From: Pseudomonadaceae bacterium
GTDB lineage: Bacteria; Pseudomonadota; Gammaproteobacteria; Pseudomonadales; Pseudomonadaceae
NCBI GenBank assembly: GCA_038114645.1
Contig: JAYNRF010000017.1
Location: 13,536 to 77,535, forward strand
Direction: 5' to 3'
DNA length: 64,000 nucleotides
Positions within the stretch are counted from its first letter, which is position 1; each line of letters starts with the position of its first letter. The notes beneath the pieces were generated by a model. The model was given only the letters and a program-made list of their open reading frames with translations. It was not told where the DNA came from and ran no database searches. A program made the position numbers and the translations under genes. Of the stretch, positions 39,782-50,978 are shown one piece after another.

Positions 39782-41710
39782 TCAGCCAGGCTGATGATTG
39801 GCGGAGCGAATCCAGGGCGCGAGTGCCTGCAGCAGCGCCTGGTGGGTGATCGGTTTGCTCAGGAAGTCCTGCATGCCGGCCGCCTCGCAATCGCGGCGGT
39901 CGATATCGAACGCGCTGGCTGTCAATGCAATGCACGGGGTGGCGATCCAGCCCTGTTCGTTGCAGTGGGCCAGGTAACGACGGCAGACTTCGAGCCCATC
40001 CATGTCGGGGAGCTGAATGTCCATCAGGATGGCGGCATAGCGCGCGGGTTGGTCGCATAGCCGCAGTAGGGCCTGTTCCCCGTCATCGGCGATCTCGACA
40101 CGAATGCCAGCCTGCTTGAGCATGCCTTCGATGACCAATTGATTGACCGGATTGTCCTCCACCAGCAACACCGGCAGGGGAGCGCCGTGCGTCGGCCGCG
40201 GTGCGGTTGTTTGCTCCCGTGGTTGCTCATCGATCCTTGCGTGCAGCGGTATGCTGAAAACAAAAGTAGAGCCTTCACCTTCGCGGCTGCGGGCAATCAG
40301 GTCGCCGCCCATCTTGCGGGCAAAGGTCCGGGCGATTGAGAGGCCAAGGCCGGTGCCGCCGAAGCGGCGCGAAGTGCTGCTGTCAGCCTGCTGGAAGGCG
40401 TCAAACATGCTTTCCAGTCGATCGGGCGCGATGCCGATGCCGGTGTCTGACACCTCGCACTCCAGCCACAGGGTGTCGGTGCCGGTCAGTTGCCAGCGAG
40501 CATTGACCTCGATCCGCCCCTGTTCGGTGAATTTCAGTGCGTTGCCGACCAGATTGACCAGAATCTGACGAATTCTGGTCGGGTCGCCGATGACGTTTTC
40601 GCAGAGTTCGCGGCCGGTCAGATTGCAGACCAGGGCCAGACCGTTCTGCCGGGCGGTGTGCTCGAAGACATTGATGGAGGAGGTGATCAGTTGGGGCAGA
40701 TTGAACGGAATTTCTTCCAGCTCCAGGGCGCCGCGCTCAATCCGCGAGAAGTCGAGGATATCGTTGATGACCTTGAGCAGGTGGTCGGTTGATTCGCCGG
40801 CGATGTGCACGTACTCACCCTGCTCGCTGTTCAGCTCCGTGGTTTCCAGTAGCTGGAGCATGCCTAGTACACCATTCATCGGTGTGCGCAGCTCGTGACT
40901 CATCATCGCCAGGAATTCGGATTTTGCGCGGTTGGCAGATTCGGCACCTTCACGTGCGCTGACCAGATCGTTCATCGCGCGCTGCTGCTGGCTTTCTGCG
41001 CGCTGGAGCGTCGCGGCCAGGCTGTTGATGTTGTGCATCAGGTGGCCGATTTCGTGTTCGTCGTCGACCTCCAGGCGCGTGTCGAGTTGCCCCTGCTGCA
41101 GGCGAGAGATTGCCTTGCCCATACGTGCCATCGGGTCAGCCAGGGCTTTGGCCAGGCGGATGGCCAGAATCAGGGTGGCGAGAAGCACCAGCGCTGCCAT
41201 CACCAGAGTCTTGATCAGGATGCTCTGCTGACGCTGGATAAAGGCCGCATTGCTCAGGCCCACGTGGACCTGGCCGAGATAACGTGATTCATCGTTTTCG
41301 TTCAGCGCGGGTGCGTCGAGCAGGAACAGGTCGTTCTGCAGTGGAATGCGCTGCCGCATGATGTCCGCCACAAAGACTTGCAGCTCGTCCTGGTTGCCGG
41401 CGCTGCGATCGAGCCGCAGCAGGGGGCTGCCCGTGCGGTCGTAGACCTGGACATAGCGCACATGCGGTACGTCGAGTGCGCCCTTGATCAGGTTCTCAAG
41501 GGTGCTCAGGTTGCCACTGATGACGCCGTATTCCGCTGCCGGCGCCAGTTGGTCGGCGATCAGCTGGCCGGTCACCTGCAACTCCCGGTTGACGTCGTCC
41601 AGACGTGCGGTGGTGAAGAAGGTAAAACCGACCACACCCATCAGCAGGGCGGGTAGTGTCGCGATCAGAATCAGGCGACTGTAGATGGTTCCACGTTGCA
41701 GAAAACTCAT
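39782..41710 (-). CDS. hybrid sensor histidine kinase (2 TM, periplasmic domain, HAMP, HisKA, HATPase, REC)
   Basis: 642 aa with H-box [12 protein letters not shown], ATPase G-boxes and a receiver ([11 protein letters not shown]). ATGA overlap with the upstream gene. Confidence 0.92.
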   Translation of the reverse strand: MSFLQRGTIYSRLILIATLPALLMGVVGFTFFTTARLDDVNRELQVTGQLIADQLAPAAEYGVISGNLSTLENLIKGALDVPHVRYVQVYDRTGSPLLRLDRSAGNQDELQVFVADIMRQRIPLQNDLFLLDAPALNENDESRYLGQVHVGLSNAAFIQRQQSILIKTLVMAALVLLATLILAIRLAKALADPMARMGKAISRLQQGQLDTRLEVDDEHEIGHLMHNINSLAATLQRAESQQQRAMNDLVSAREGAESANRAKSEFLAMMSHELRTPMNGVLGMLQLLETTELNSEQGEYVHIAGESTDHLLKVINDILDFSRIERGALELEEIPFNLPQLITSSINVFEHTARQNGLALVCNLTGRELCENVIGDPTRIRQILVNLVGNALKFTEQGRIEVNARWQLTGTDTLWLECEVSDTGIGIAPDRLESMFDAFQQADSSTSRRFGGTGLGLSIARTFARKMGGDLIARSREGEGSTFVFSIPLHARIDEQPREQTTAPRPTHGAPLPVLLVEDNPVNQLVIEGMLKQAGIRVEIADDGEQALLRLCDQPARYAAILMDIQLPDMDGLEVCRRYLAHCNEQGWIATPCIALTASAFDIDRRDCEAAGMQDFLSKPITHQALLQALAPWIRSANHQPG

Positions 41711-42609
41711 TGCGCTTGCTCCAGCTCGGCCAGACGGCGGGCGAGGGTGGCATCGTCCGGCAGCGGGATGCCCAGGGAGCGTGCTACCTGAGCGTTGCTG
41801 AGAACGGAAAAGTATCGCGGGTAGGAGCTGCCGCTGCGGGGCAGCCCTTGTTTGATCAGGTAGGCGGCACTGCGGGCCATGTCATCGGCGGTGCTGTAGG
41901 TGGTGCTCAGGCTGCCTGCGTCGATGAATGGTGCACTCGGGCCGATCAGAACCTTGCTGCGTGAGTAGCTGGTCAGCAGGATGGTCTTGAGATTATCGGC
42001 GTTGTAGATCTGCGAATCGTCGGTGCCGAGCAGAATGTCACTGCTGTTGATGACGTCTACTACCGAACGCGTGAGGTTGTCCTGTGGCTGCACCGTCACG
42101 CTGACCAGCGTGGCGGCGTTTTGCTCTGCCGCCTTTTGCCATTGATCCCGCTGTTGTTCGGTTCCCGGGGTCAGCAGAATCCCCATGCTGCGCACGTTCG
42201 GCACCAGCAGGCGCGCCAGGGCAGCTTGACGCGCTGGCTGCGGGTTGGCGAGCAGGGCGTGATATGGCTGGTTGGGCTGCGCGTAGTTATGCAGGCTTTC
42301 GCCGGTGATGTAGGTCGCGAGGGTGGGTACCTCGTCGCTCTGTTGCAGCCGCGCTTCGAGGCTATTGCGTCCCATGGTGATGACGACGTCAGTGCCGCCT
42401 GGAATGGCGTCGGTCAGCGACAGCGGAATGACGTCGGCATCGGGCAGGGCGTTGCCCAGCGCGTCGATGAAACTCTGCGTCAGGGCTGAGTTACCGGGCA
42501 TGATTACGGCATACTGGCTGGCCATTGCCGCGGGCGCTAATAGCCAGCAGAGCAGCAGAGCGGCGAGCCTTCGCCTCACTGTCATGTGCTTGCAGCGGCG
42601 ATAGGGCAT
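41707..42609 (-). CDS. periplasmic ABC-type substrate-binding-like protein (no permease partner)
   Basis: 300-aa ORF with a signal peptide (..[13 protein letters not shown]). Resembles ABC_sub_bind-type proteins that accompany sensors (family from memory). The start could instead be ATG 42585. Confidence 0.65.
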   Translation of the reverse strand: MPYRRCKHMTVRRRLAALLLCWLLAPAAMASQYAVIMPGNSALTQSFIDALGNALPDADVIPLSLTDAIPGGTDVVITMGRNSLEARLQQSDEVPTLATYITGESLHNYAQPNQPYHALLANPQPARQAALARLLVPNVRSMGILLTPGTEQQRDQWQKAAEQNAATLVSVTVQPQDNLTRSVVDVINSSDILLGTDDSQIYNADNLKTILLTSYSRSKVLIGPSAPFIDAGSLSTTYSTADDMARSAAYLIKQGLPRSGSSYPRYFSVLSNAQVARSLGIPLPDDATLARRLAELEQAQ

Positions 42610-42657
42610 GGCGACAATCCGTGTCTGTTCAATCTCGAGTGTTCTCCAGAGAATCCA

Positions 42658-44874
42658 TTAAAACCGCAGGTCCGCCGTCAGGTAAAACTGACTGGGACTG
42701 TCATACAGGTTTTCCGACCAGGTCAGGGCTTCGTCGTCCAGTCGATACTGCCAGTTGGCCGCCAGCTCAAGGCTGTTGCTGCGGCCGAACTCAAAGCGCT
42801 TGGCGATGCGGCCGTCCAGGCGCTCGAAGCGGCGTTCGTTCAGCAGGTCTGATCCATAGTAGATCAGGCTGGTTTCGACATCGCCTGCCCAGCTGCGCAG
42901 CCAGGCGGCGGAGCCGCTGTTGCGCGCGGTCAGGCGCTGATCAAGGCTGTTGCTGGCATAGAAGTCGACATAGGCGTATGTCAGGCGCAGCCGGTCCCGG
43001 CTGTTGATGCGCCAGTCGGCCTGGGTTTCGACGCCACTGAAATGCGCGAAGCTGCTGTTGTCCGGCTCAAAGTTCACGACCTGCAACGGCTGGCTGATCA
43101 TGTTGTCGACTTCGTCGTAGAACGCCTTGATGTCGAGATTGAGGCCCATGCGGTGGAAAGTGCCGTTGTAGCCAAGCTCCCACGAGCGCATCTCTTCCTG
43201 CTCAAGGTCGCCCGGGCCTAACGCGAGTGCGTAGTAAGTGTCGCCGGTGGTTGGCGCGCCGGTCAGGTTGCTCGGACGGTAAGTCCAGTTCGCATTGTTT
43301 TCGTACATGTCCGGTGAGCGCACTGCCTCGGAGTAGACCGCGCGCAGGCTATGTGCCGGAGCAAAGAAGTAGTGGGCGGCCAGTCGCGGAGAGAACGAGA
43401 AACCGCTCAAGCGATCCTGCTCGGCCATCGCTCCGGCGTGCAGCAACCAGTGTTCGCCGAGCCGGTACTCAAGGTTGCCGAACAGCTGAGCGATGGAGTT
43501 CTCGACCTTGCCATTGAAAAAGGTTTGTGACTTGGCCTGGTCGTAGCGCAGGTTGGCGCCGAACACGGTTCGCAGGTCGTCGTTGATCTGCAGGGTATTT
43601 TGTACCTCTGCTTCATAGCGCGTTTCTCGCAGGTTCTCGTTGAGATCGAAGCAGGTTGGTGCACCGTCGCGAATGGCCATGTGCTGGGCGACGATATCGT
43701 CGACCAGTGGCAGGTAAATTGGGTCCAGACCATCGCGTTCGACCAGTCGGAAGTCGTAAAACGGTTTGTCGCCCCAGTTGCCATCAGTATTCTGGCGACG
43801 ACGCAGAATGTAGTTCATGCGGCGGGTATAAACGCTGCCGATCAGATATAGCTGACGCATCTCCGGCGAGAACACCACCGGGGAGTCGCAGGCGCGCCAC
43901 TGGCTCAGGCGTTCCATGTGCTGGGCGTAGGTTTTGATTTCGAGCTGGTGATCGGGGCTCAGGTCGTTTTTCCAGTGCAGCTGGATGAAATAGTCATTGG
44001 CTTTGGTGTCCGAGTCAGAGGCTTCCTGCAGCGCCATCAGACGGTCGAATTCAAAACTGTCGTCGATCGGCTCGGCCATGACCGAATAATCGTTCGAGCG
44101 CTGTTTGCTGCCCTCTTTCGCCCCCAACTGCCAGGACAGGGTCTGGGTGTTGGTCAAATCCGTGTTGCCCAGCAGGTTGAACGCGCTCAGGCGCCGGCCG
44201 TCGCGGTAGTCGCTGCCGTCTTCGATATGGTCAAAGCCGTCATCCTGCTTGCCGAACAGGCTAAGACGCGCGTGCGAGTCGCCAAAGCTGAACCCCTGGC
44301 TGGCATAAATGTCGCTGACGCCGCGGTTGCCCCGAGTGACCTTGACGCGGCTACCCTGACTGAACTCCGGGCGGGAGGAAACGATGTTGATCACGCCCAT
44401 CAGCGCGTTGGCACCGTAGGCGGCGGTGTTGGGGCCGCGAAATACCTCGATGCGCTCGATGTCCTCGACCGCCAGCGGGATGTCGGTCCAGTCCACCGCA
44501 GCCAGACCCGGGCGGTAGACCGAGCGACCATCGACCAGTACCTGCATGCGCCGGGCTTCGCTGATATTGGTGCCGTGATAGTTGACGTTGACGACGTTGC
44601 CGGAGCTGTAACCCACCATCATGCCAGGCACCAGACGCATCAGTTCGGGTACGTCACGCGCGCCCGAAGCCCGGATGAGCTGGCGGTCGATGACCGTCAT
44701 GCTGCCCGGAATTTCTGCTGCGTTCTGCTTCAGGCGCGTAGCGCTGAGCACGGTTGGCAGCTTCATGTCGCCGAGCAACAGCTCGTCGTCAAGCTGTTGC
44801 GCCTGCAGAGGAAGAGTAAGGCCCAATAGAGCGATCGCAAGGGTCTGACGTGAAACTGGCATAAATGGTGGCAC
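42658..44874 (-). CDS. TonB-dependent receptor
   Basis: 738 aa with a signal peptide (..LTLPLQAQQ), a plug region (..[25 protein letters not shown]..) and a C-terminal ..YLTADLRF. The track start is GTG 44874; ATG 44862 is an alternative. Confidence 0.9.
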   Translation of the reverse strand: MPPFMPVSRQTLAIALLGLTLPLQAQQLDDELLLGDMKLPTVLSATRLKQNAAEIPGSMTVIDRQLIRASGARDVPELMRLVPGMMVGYSSGNVVNVNYHGTNISEARRMQVLVDGRSVYRPGLAAVDWTDIPLAVEDIERIEVFRGPNTAAYGANALMGVINIVSSRPEFSQGSRVKVTRGNRGVSDIYASQGFSFGDSHARLSLFGKQDDGFDHIEDGSDYRDGRRLSAFNLLGNTDLTNTQTLSWQLGAKEGSKQRSNDYSVMAEPIDDSFEFDRLMALQEASDSDTKANDYFIQLHWKNDLSPDHQLEIKTYAQHMERLSQWRACDSPVVFSPEMRQLYLIGSVYTRRMNYILRRRQNTDGNWGDKPFYDFRLVERDGLDPIYLPLVDDIVAQHMAIRDGAPTCFDLNENLRETRYEAEVQNTLQINDDLRTVFGANLRYDQAKSQTFFNGKVENSIAQLFGNLEYRLGEHWLLHAGAMAEQDRLSGFSFSPRLAAHYFFAPAHSLRAVYSEAVRSPDMYENNANWTYRPSNLTGAPTTGDTYYALALGPGDLEQEEMRSWELGYNGTFHRMGLNLDIKAFYDEVDNMISQPLQVVNFEPDNSSFAHFSGVETQADWRINSRDRLRLTYAYVDFYASNSLDQRLTARNSGSAAWLRSWAGDVETSLIYYGSDLLNERRFERLDGRIAKRFEFGRSNSLELAANWQYRLDDEALTWSENLYDSPSQFYLTADLRF

Positions 44875-44996
44875 TTTGGTCTTGTTTGTTTAATGCGCTC
44901 ATATTACCCAGCGGCGCGGGTTTTTACACAGGCAAATCGCGCTATCTTGCGCGCTCGGCTTATACTTGCGCCAGATTCATAACCCAAGGATGTTGC

Positions 44997-46037
44997 ATGA
45001 CCGACCGCAAAGCTCCCGTCTGTGTTCTGGGTGGTGGCAGTTTCGGCACCACGCTGGCCAATCTGATGGCTGGTGAAGGTGTACCGGTGACGCTATGGCT
45101 GCGTGATGACGAGATTGCCCGGCAGATTGCTGAAAACCACGAAAATCCGCGTTATCTGCCGGGTTATCGGCTGGACGAAAGGCTGCGGGTCACCACCGAT
45201 ATCGAGGCCGCCATTGCCTCAGCGGAGCTGGTATTCCTGGCGATTCCCTCCGGCGCCTTCCGTAGTGTTTTGCAGGGCATTGGCCCGCTGCTGGCGGGCA
45301 AGCAGGTTGTCAGTACCACCAAGGGTATCGAGCAGCCCGGCTTCCTGATGATGAGCCAGATAGTTGAACAGGAAGCGCCGGACGCGCGTGTTGCTGTGCT
45401 GTCCGGTCCTAACCTGGCCAAGGAAATGGCTGCCGGTGAGTTGACCGCAACCGTTGTCGCCAGCGAGGACGAGCAGCTCTGCCGCGACGTGCAGGCGGTC
45501 CTGGGCGGGCCCAATCTGCGGGTATACGCCAGTCAGGACCGGTACGGTGTTGAGTTGGGTGGCGCGCTGAAAAACGTCTACGCAATCATTGCAGGCATGG
45601 CATCGGCCCTCGGCATGGGTGAGAACACCAAGGCCATGCTGATAACCCGCGCGCTGGCAGAGATGACCCGCTTCTCCGTTCACATGGGGGCCAACCCGCT
45701 GACATTCCTCGGTCTGGCAGGCGTGGGTGATTTGATTGTGACCTGCACCTCGCCGCAGTCGCGCAACTTTCAGGTAGGGCACGCGCTGGGCAAGGGGGAA
45801 ACACTGGAGGAGGGTGTTGCTCGTCTCGGTCAGGTCGCCGAGGGCGTCAACACGCTCAAGGTGCTGAAGCAAAAATCGGAAGAAGAAGGCGTCTACATGC
45901 CGCTGGTGGCAGGACTGTACGCCATTGTCTTCGACAAGCAACCGTTGCCGGCGGTGATCGGCAAGCTGATGTCTGCCGAGCAGAAAACCGATGTTGAATT
46001 CGCGGCTGTCATGTCCGCTAGCCCAATCAAAAGCTGA
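44997..46037 (+). CDS. gpsA: NAD(P)H-dependent glycerol-3-phosphate dehydrogenase
   Basis: ATG at 44997 ([21 protein letters not shown]..) with AAGGA upstream. About 346 aa. Confidence 0.95.
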   Translation: MTDRKAPVCVLGGGSFGTTLANLMAGEGVPVTLWLRDDEIARQIAENHENPRYLPGYRLDERLRVTTDIEAAIASAELVFLAIPSGAFRSVLQGIGPLLAGKQVVSTTKGIEQPGFLMMSQIVEQEAPDARVAVLSGPNLAKEMAAGELTATVVASEDEQLCRDVQAVLGGPNLRVYASQDRYGVELGGALKNVYAIIAGMASALGMGENTKAMLITRALAEMTRFSVHMGANPLTFLGLAGVGDLIVTCTSPQSRNFQVGHALGKGETLEEGVARLGQVAEGVNTLKVLKQKSEEEGVYMPLVAGLYAIVFDKQPLPAVIGKLMSAEQKTDVEFAAVMSASPIKS

Positions 46038-46046
46038 GGAGTCGCT

Positions 46047-46358
46047 GTGAATACATTTATCGACAACCTGTGCAGTGCCGACTTTTGGTTGCGACTGGTC
46101 TATGTGGTGTTTTTTGCCCTGGCCTGGCAGGTGGCGGAAATCGCGTTGGCGGTGATTACCTTGATCCAGATCGGCTATCGGCTGTTTGCCGGCGCGCCGG
46201 ACGCCGATTGCGCTGGTTGGGGCAACAGCTTTTCTCAGTACGCCTGGCAGATTGGCGGTTATCTGACCGGTGTCAGCGAGCAGAAGCCCTGGCCCTTCAG
46301 CGAATGGCCCTCTGCGAATGCGCGCTGGAAGCTGCGGGCCGAGGATGACGCCCAGTGA
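46047..46358 (+). CDS. DUF4389-like small membrane protein
   Basis: 103-aa ORF, GTG start 6 nt after GAGGA. Two hydrophobic helices. Family name from memory. Confidence 0.55.
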   Translation: MNTFIDNLCSADFWLRLVYVVFFALAWQVAEIALAVITLIQIGYRLFAGAPDADCAGWGNSFSQYAWQIGGYLTGVSEQKPWPFSEWPSANARWKLRAEDDAQ

Positions 46359-46825
46359 GAATCTGGGTGATGCGCCACGGCCAGGCCGCCGCGCAGGCGG
46401 CCACCGATGCCGAGCGGCCGCTGACTGAGGCCGGGCAGCAGGAGGCGCGTGCAATGGCGAGCCTGCTGGACGCGCAGCCGCTCGACGGCATTCTTGCCAG
46501 TCCCTATCTGCGGGCGCAGCAGACTGCGGCTCTGGTCTGTGCCGAGCTGGGTTTCGCGCGGGGCGTTGCGACCGCACCCTGGCTGACGCCCGATGACGAT
46601 CCCGCTGAGGTGCTGCGTTACCTCTCCGAGCGGCAGGAGCAGAACCTGCTGCTGGTCAGTCACCAGCCGCTGGTAAGCCAGTTGCTGAGCCTGTTTTGCG
46701 AAGGGCATCGCCGCGCCCACCTGCCCATGCCGACAGCGGCGCTCGCCTGTGTAGATGCCGATTTTGTCGCAGCGGGTCTGGGGCAATTGCTGCTGCTGAA
46801 AACGCCAGCTGATCTACACTCCTGA
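46355..46825 (+). CDS. sixA: phosphohistidine phosphatase SixA
   Basis: 156 aa, MRIWVMRHGQAA.. (RHG motif). 4-nt overlap with the preceding gene. Confidence 0.85.
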   Translation: MRIWVMRHGQAAAQAATDAERPLTEAGQQEARAMASLLDAQPLDGILASPYLRAQQTAALVCAELGFARGVATAPWLTPDDDPAEVLRYLSERQEQNLLLVSHQPLVSQLLSLFCEGHRRAHLPMPTAALACVDADFVAAGLGQLLLLKTPADLHS

Positions 46826-46938
46826 TGCCAGCGCTTGTCGCTCATGCGCGCCTGGGATAGTGTGCTCAGATTAGGGGTGGCGCGCCGCTACCTGAAATAG
46901 CACGTTGCATAACAATAACAACCCTCAAGGGGCACGGC

Positions 46939-48627
46939 ATGGGCGCACTGACAACGCAACCAGAGACCGCGCTGGAGTCTTTTTTCCGGCAAGAATCCCT
47001 GCGTCCGCGCAGTAACTACCTCATTCAACCTCTCCAGAATGGCGAGCTGATCAAATATTCCTGGTCTGAGGTGGGGGACCAGGCGCGTCGTATCGCCAGC
47101 CATCTGGTGTCGCTGCAACTGCCTGCTGGCAGCCACATTGGTCTGCTCTCAAAAAACTGTGCGCACTGGATCATTGCTGACCTGGCCATCTGGATGGCTG
47201 GGCATGTGTCGGTGCCGTTGCATCCCAACCTGAACGCTGATTCGATCCACAAATTGATCGATCATGCCGAACTGCGGGTGCTGTTCGTCGGACCGCTGGA
47301 TGGCTGGTCGAAGACGGCCAGCGGCGTGCCGGCGAACATGCATTGCATCAGTTTGCCGGATGGGCCGCAGGGTCAGGACTTGTCTGCCTGGGAGCAACTT
47401 CTGGAAGAGTGCTCGCCGCTCGAACAACCGGCCAAACCTGCGCCGGACCAGTTGGCGACCATCATCTACACCTCCGGTACGACCGGTATGCCAAAGGGCG
47501 TCATGCTCAGCTTTGCCAGCATGTTTCTGGCGGCCACCAACTACCAGCGACTGTTCAATATTTCTGCCAGTGATCGGATGCTGTCCTGCCAGTCGCTGAG
47601 TCATATTGGCGAACGTCAGTTTGTTGAATTATCGTCGCTGATGGGCGGCCAGCAGGTTTATTTCGTTCACTCGGCGGCTACTTTTTTTCGCGATGCGCGC
47701 GGTGCTCAGCCGACCTTGTTTTTTGCCTCACCGAGTGTCTGGCAGCAATGTATGGACGCATGCGAGCGCGCGGCGCCAGGCTGGGCACAGCTGGCCCTCG
47801 GCCTGCCGGTGGCAGGCGGCTGGCAGGCGCGGCGGATGCTGCGTTGGCTTGGGCTGGATCAGGTCCGTTATGCGGTCAGCGGGGCCGCGAGGCTGGCGCC
47901 GGCAGTACAGCAGTGGTTTGCCCGGCTCGGCCTGGTTGTGGTCGAGGGCTACGGTATGACGGAAAACTGCGGCTACTCCCATCTTGGCCGCCCGAGTCGA
48001 CCCAAGGCCGGGTATATCGGTTTACCCAATCCCGGCGTTGAGTGCCGGCTGGGCGAACAGGGCGAGATTCTGGTGCGCAGCAAGACGCTGATGATCGGGT
48101 ATTACAAGGACCCGGCGCGTACCGCTGAGGTGATCGACGAGAGCGGCTTCCTGCGTACCGGCGATGTAGGGCAGATTGATCAAGAGGGATTCTTGCGCCT
48201 GACGGGTCGGGTCAAGGACATATTCAAGACGTCCAGAGGGCGCTACATTGTGCCGTCGCCGATCGAGCAGGCCCTGACGGAAGTGGCTGAAGTCGAAGAG
48301 GTCTGCGTGGTTGGTCAGGACTTGCCGCAGCCACTGGCGCTGGTGCGCCTGAAAGCTGACCTGCAGGTCGGTCGCGACGCGCTGCAACGCACGCTGGCCG
48401 ATGCGCTGGAGCGCGTCAACAGTACGTTGCCCAGTAGCGAACGCCTGGGCTGTCTGGTGGTTGTCGACACGCCATGGGATGTTGCCGGCGGATTCAGGAC
48501 AGCGACGCAGAAGCTGCGCAGAAATGTAGTGGAGGCCACCTGGCAGGCCTATTTTCATGACTGGCTGGTGAGCGGGCAGAATATTGTCTGGCACCTGTCT
48601 GAGGAATCGCAGCAGGAGAACACATGA
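46939..48627 (+). CDS. AMP-binding long-chain acyl-CoA synthetase-like enzyme
   Basis: 562 aa with the AMP-binding signature IIYTSGTTGMPKGV. Confidence 0.9.
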   Translation: MGALTTQPETALESFFRQESLRPRSNYLIQPLQNGELIKYSWSEVGDQARRIASHLVSLQLPAGSHIGLLSKNCAHWIIADLAIWMAGHVSVPLHPNLNADSIHKLIDHAELRVLFVGPLDGWSKTASGVPANMHCISLPDGPQGQDLSAWEQLLEECSPLEQPAKPAPDQLATIIYTSGTTGMPKGVMLSFASMFLAATNYQRLFNISASDRMLSCQSLSHIGERQFVELSSLMGGQQVYFVHSAATFFRDARGAQPTLFFASPSVWQQCMDACERAAPGWAQLALGLPVAGGWQARRMLRWLGLDQVRYAVSGAARLAPAVQQWFARLGLVVVEGYGMTENCGYSHLGRPSRPKAGYIGLPNPGVECRLGEQGEILVRSKTLMIGYYKDPARTAEVIDESGFLRTGDVGQIDQEGFLRLTGRVKDIFKTSRGRYIVPSPIEQALTEVAEVEEVCVVGQDLPQPLALVRLKADLQVGRDALQRTLADALERVNSTLPSSERLGCLVVVDTPWDVAGGFRTATQKLRRNVVEATWQAYFHDWLVSGQNIVWHLSEESQQENT

Positions 48628-49055
48628 GCAGTATCTGGACGTCGCCTATCGACCTTGAGCGCCTGAATGCGCCCGCACCGACGATCAACAGCTTGCTGGA
48701 TATCCGTATCGAAGCCTTTGGCGATGACTGGCTCAGCGCGAGCATGCCGGTGGATGAACGTACCCACCAGCCCTACGGCATCCTGCACGGTGGCGCTTCG
48801 GTTGTGCTGGCCGAGACGGTCGGCAGCATTGCCTCCTATCAATGTATCGACACCAGCCGCTTCTACTGCGTCGGCCTGGATATCAACGCCAATCATCTCC
48901 GGGCGGTGCGCTCAGGGCGCGTTACTGCGACCGCCAGAGCGATTCATCTGGGGCGTACCACTCACGTCTGGGATATTCGCCTGCAGGATGATCAGGGCAA
49001 TCAGACCTGTATTTCCCGCCTGACCATGGCCATTGTGCCGCTGAAAGCTGACTGA
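48624..49055 (+). CDS. PaaI/YbdB-type hotdog-fold thioesterase
   Basis: 143 aa with ..PYGILHGGASVVLAETVGS... ATGA overlap with the synthetase gene. Confidence 0.85.
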   Translation: MSSIWTSPIDLERLNAPAPTINSLLDIRIEAFGDDWLSASMPVDERTHQPYGILHGGASVVLAETVGSIASYQCIDTSRFYCVGLDINANHLRAVRSGRVTATARAIHLGRTTHVWDIRLQDDQGNQTCISRLTMAIVPLKAD

Positions 49056-49057
49056 CG

Positions 49058-49085
49058 CAGGGCCAAGCTGTCGGGTATGGCCCTG
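49058..49085 (+). terminator. hairpin after the thioesterase gene
   Basis: CAGGGCCA / TGGCCCTG, an 8-bp stem with a 12-nt loop starting 3 nt after the stop. No clear T-run. Confidence 0.45.
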
Positions 49086-49171
49086 TATTCACGGGGCCGC
49101 ATGCGCTTGTCTGGTCGGGCTGCGGTGGTTAGATTGCCTCCTGCAATTTTCCGTAATGGTCCGGAGGCCCC

Positions 49172-50035
49172 ATGCCACTCAGCAGTCACGAAGTCCGTTT
49201 TTCCCTGCCGTACATAGAAGTTGCCGGCAAAGTCTGGGGAGAGCCCGGCGGGCTGCCGGTCATCGCGCTGCATGGCTGGCTGGACAACGCAGCAACCTTT
49301 GATCGCATCGCGCCGGCGCTGGAGGGCGTGCACCTGGTCGCGCTGGATCTGCCGGGGCACGGCCTGTCCGGCCACATGCCGGCAACCGGGTACAGCTTGT
49401 GGCAGCAGGCGGCGACGGTGTTGCAGGTTGCCGAAGACCTGGGCTGGGAGCGTTTTGCGCTGCTGGGTCACTCCATGGGTGCGATCATCAGTGGCGTACT
49501 GGCCGGCAGCCTGCCGGAGCGGATCATCGGCGCAGCCATGATTGACGGCCTCATGCCGTTTACCTCCGAAGCGGATGACGCGCCACGCCAGATGGCCCGC
49601 TTCTTCAACTCCACCCTGCAACTGGGCAGCAAGCGCAAGCCGATTTACGACAGCGTCGACAAGGCTGTCTCGGCACGGGTGCTGGGTGGCACCACGCCGA
49701 TTTCACGCGAGGCCGCTGCCGCACTGGTCGAGCGCGGCTTGATGCCGCACGACGGCGGCTGGACCTGGCGTACCGACCCCCAGCTGATGCTGCCGTCGCC
49801 GCTGCGTTTTACCCAACGGCATGCCACCTCGTTTATCGAGAACATCACCGCGCCGGCCTGCGTGGTACTGGCCAATCAGGGCGTCATGCACAAGCATCCC
49901 GAGGTGCTGGCGCGTATCGACGCCTTTGAACACCTGACAGTCCACCGGGTAGACGGCGGCCATCACCTGCATCTGGAGCAGGCGGCGCCCGAGGTGGCGG
50001 CGATTCTGAAAGACTTCTACACAAGCTTGAGCTGA
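49172..50035 (+). CDS. alpha/beta hydrolase
   Basis: 287 aa with the nucleophile elbow GHSMGA and an HG oxyanion motif (ALHGWLDN). Confidence 0.85.
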   Translation: MPLSSHEVRFSLPYIEVAGKVWGEPGGLPVIALHGWLDNAATFDRIAPALEGVHLVALDLPGHGLSGHMPATGYSLWQQAATVLQVAEDLGWERFALLGHSMGAIISGVLAGSLPERIIGAAMIDGLMPFTSEADDAPRQMARFFNSTLQLGSKRKPIYDSVDKAVSARVLGGTTPISREAAAALVERGLMPHDGGWTWRTDPQLMLPSPLRFTQRHATSFIENITAPACVVLANQGVMHKHPEVLARIDAFEHLTVHRVDGGHHLHLEQAAPEVAAILKDFYTSLS

Positions 50036-50150
50036 CCGCCAGGTCGCCACGCGCTATTCTCTGGGCAGATTCATTGTGTGCTGCCGGCCATTCGGCAGCC
50101 GGTTCTGCGTGTTCGGGTGCTGTCTGGCTCAGGCACGACTAGGGAGACGC

Positions 50151-50978
50151 ATGGCTTTATCGGTTCGTACTTTGCCGCTGCTGTTGGGTGGCTTCATGCT
50201 GGCGAGCGGCGCCGCCGTTCAGGCAGATCAGGCGCTGGATCAGCTGGTGGTCAGCCCGTTTGAACATTCCCGTGTCACCAGTGAAGCGCTGGCGGAGAAG
50301 GTGGATCATCCGGTGGTGATCGGCAGCGTGCGGCGGATCAACAACCAGCTGCGCGCCGAGCGCGAAATCCGTGTCAACGGCGAGTTGGCGCGAGTGACCT
50401 GGGAAATCACCGATGACTACCGTCCCGAAGATGCCTTTCGTTACGTCCTCGCTCAGCTGACCGAGCAGCCGCATACCCTGCTGTACGCCTGTGACGGGCG
50501 CGAATGCGGCAGCAGTAGCCTGTGGGCCAATCAGGTCCTGCACAATGCGCAGTTGTACGGCCCCGAGGAAGGGCAGCGTTATCTAGCCTTGCGCCTGGAT
50601 GGCGAGCCACAGCGCTTTGTCTCGCTTTACTCCATTACCCGCGGTAATCGCCGCAGTTACCTGCACATCGAGCAGACAACGCCAACGCAAGCGGTCGAGC
50701 AGGCGCTGTACCCGACGCCGTCGACCTTGCTGAAGGTATTGCGCAGCGAGGCCGAACTGACGCTGCCGGCGCTGGCTGACAACACGGAGCTGAAAGCTAG
50801 CTGGACGCGTCTGCTGGTGCGCATGATGCGGCTGGATTCATTGCTGCGGGTGCAGCTCGACGGGGCCGATGCGCCCGCGCTGGCAGAGGGCTTGAAAGAG
50901 GGCGGCGTGGCTGCCCAGCGTCTGACGCTGGGCAGTCCTGAGCCGGCTAGCGGGGTGATTATCCGCCAGGTCCGTTAA
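50151..50978 (+). CDS. secreted hypothetical protein (DUF4892-like, from memory)
   Basis: ATG at 50151 with a signal peptide MALSVRTLPLLLGGFMLASGAAVQA. The upstream 25 codons of the track ORF are not needed. Confidence 0.5.
   Translation: MALSVRTLPLLLGGFMLASGAAVQADQALDQLVVSPFEHSRVTSEALAEKVDHPVVIGSVRRINNQLRAEREIRVNGELARVTWEITDDYRPEDAFRYVLAQLTEQPHTLLYACDGRECGSSSLWANQVLHNAQLYGPEEGQRYLALRLDGEPQRFVSLYSITRGNRRSYLHIEQTTPTQAVEQALYPTPSTLLKVLRSEAELTLPALADNTELKASWTRLLVRMMRLDSLLRVQLDGADAPALAEGLKEGGVAAQRLTLGSPEPASGVIIRQVR

Noticed and set aside
44868-44888. TGGCACTTTGGTCTTG upstream of gpsA as a sigma-54 -24/-12 element
   Set aside because: The -24 half (TGGCAC) is perfect, but the -12 position reads TCTT instead of TTGC. 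gpsA is a housekeeping gene not expected to be RpoN-dependent.
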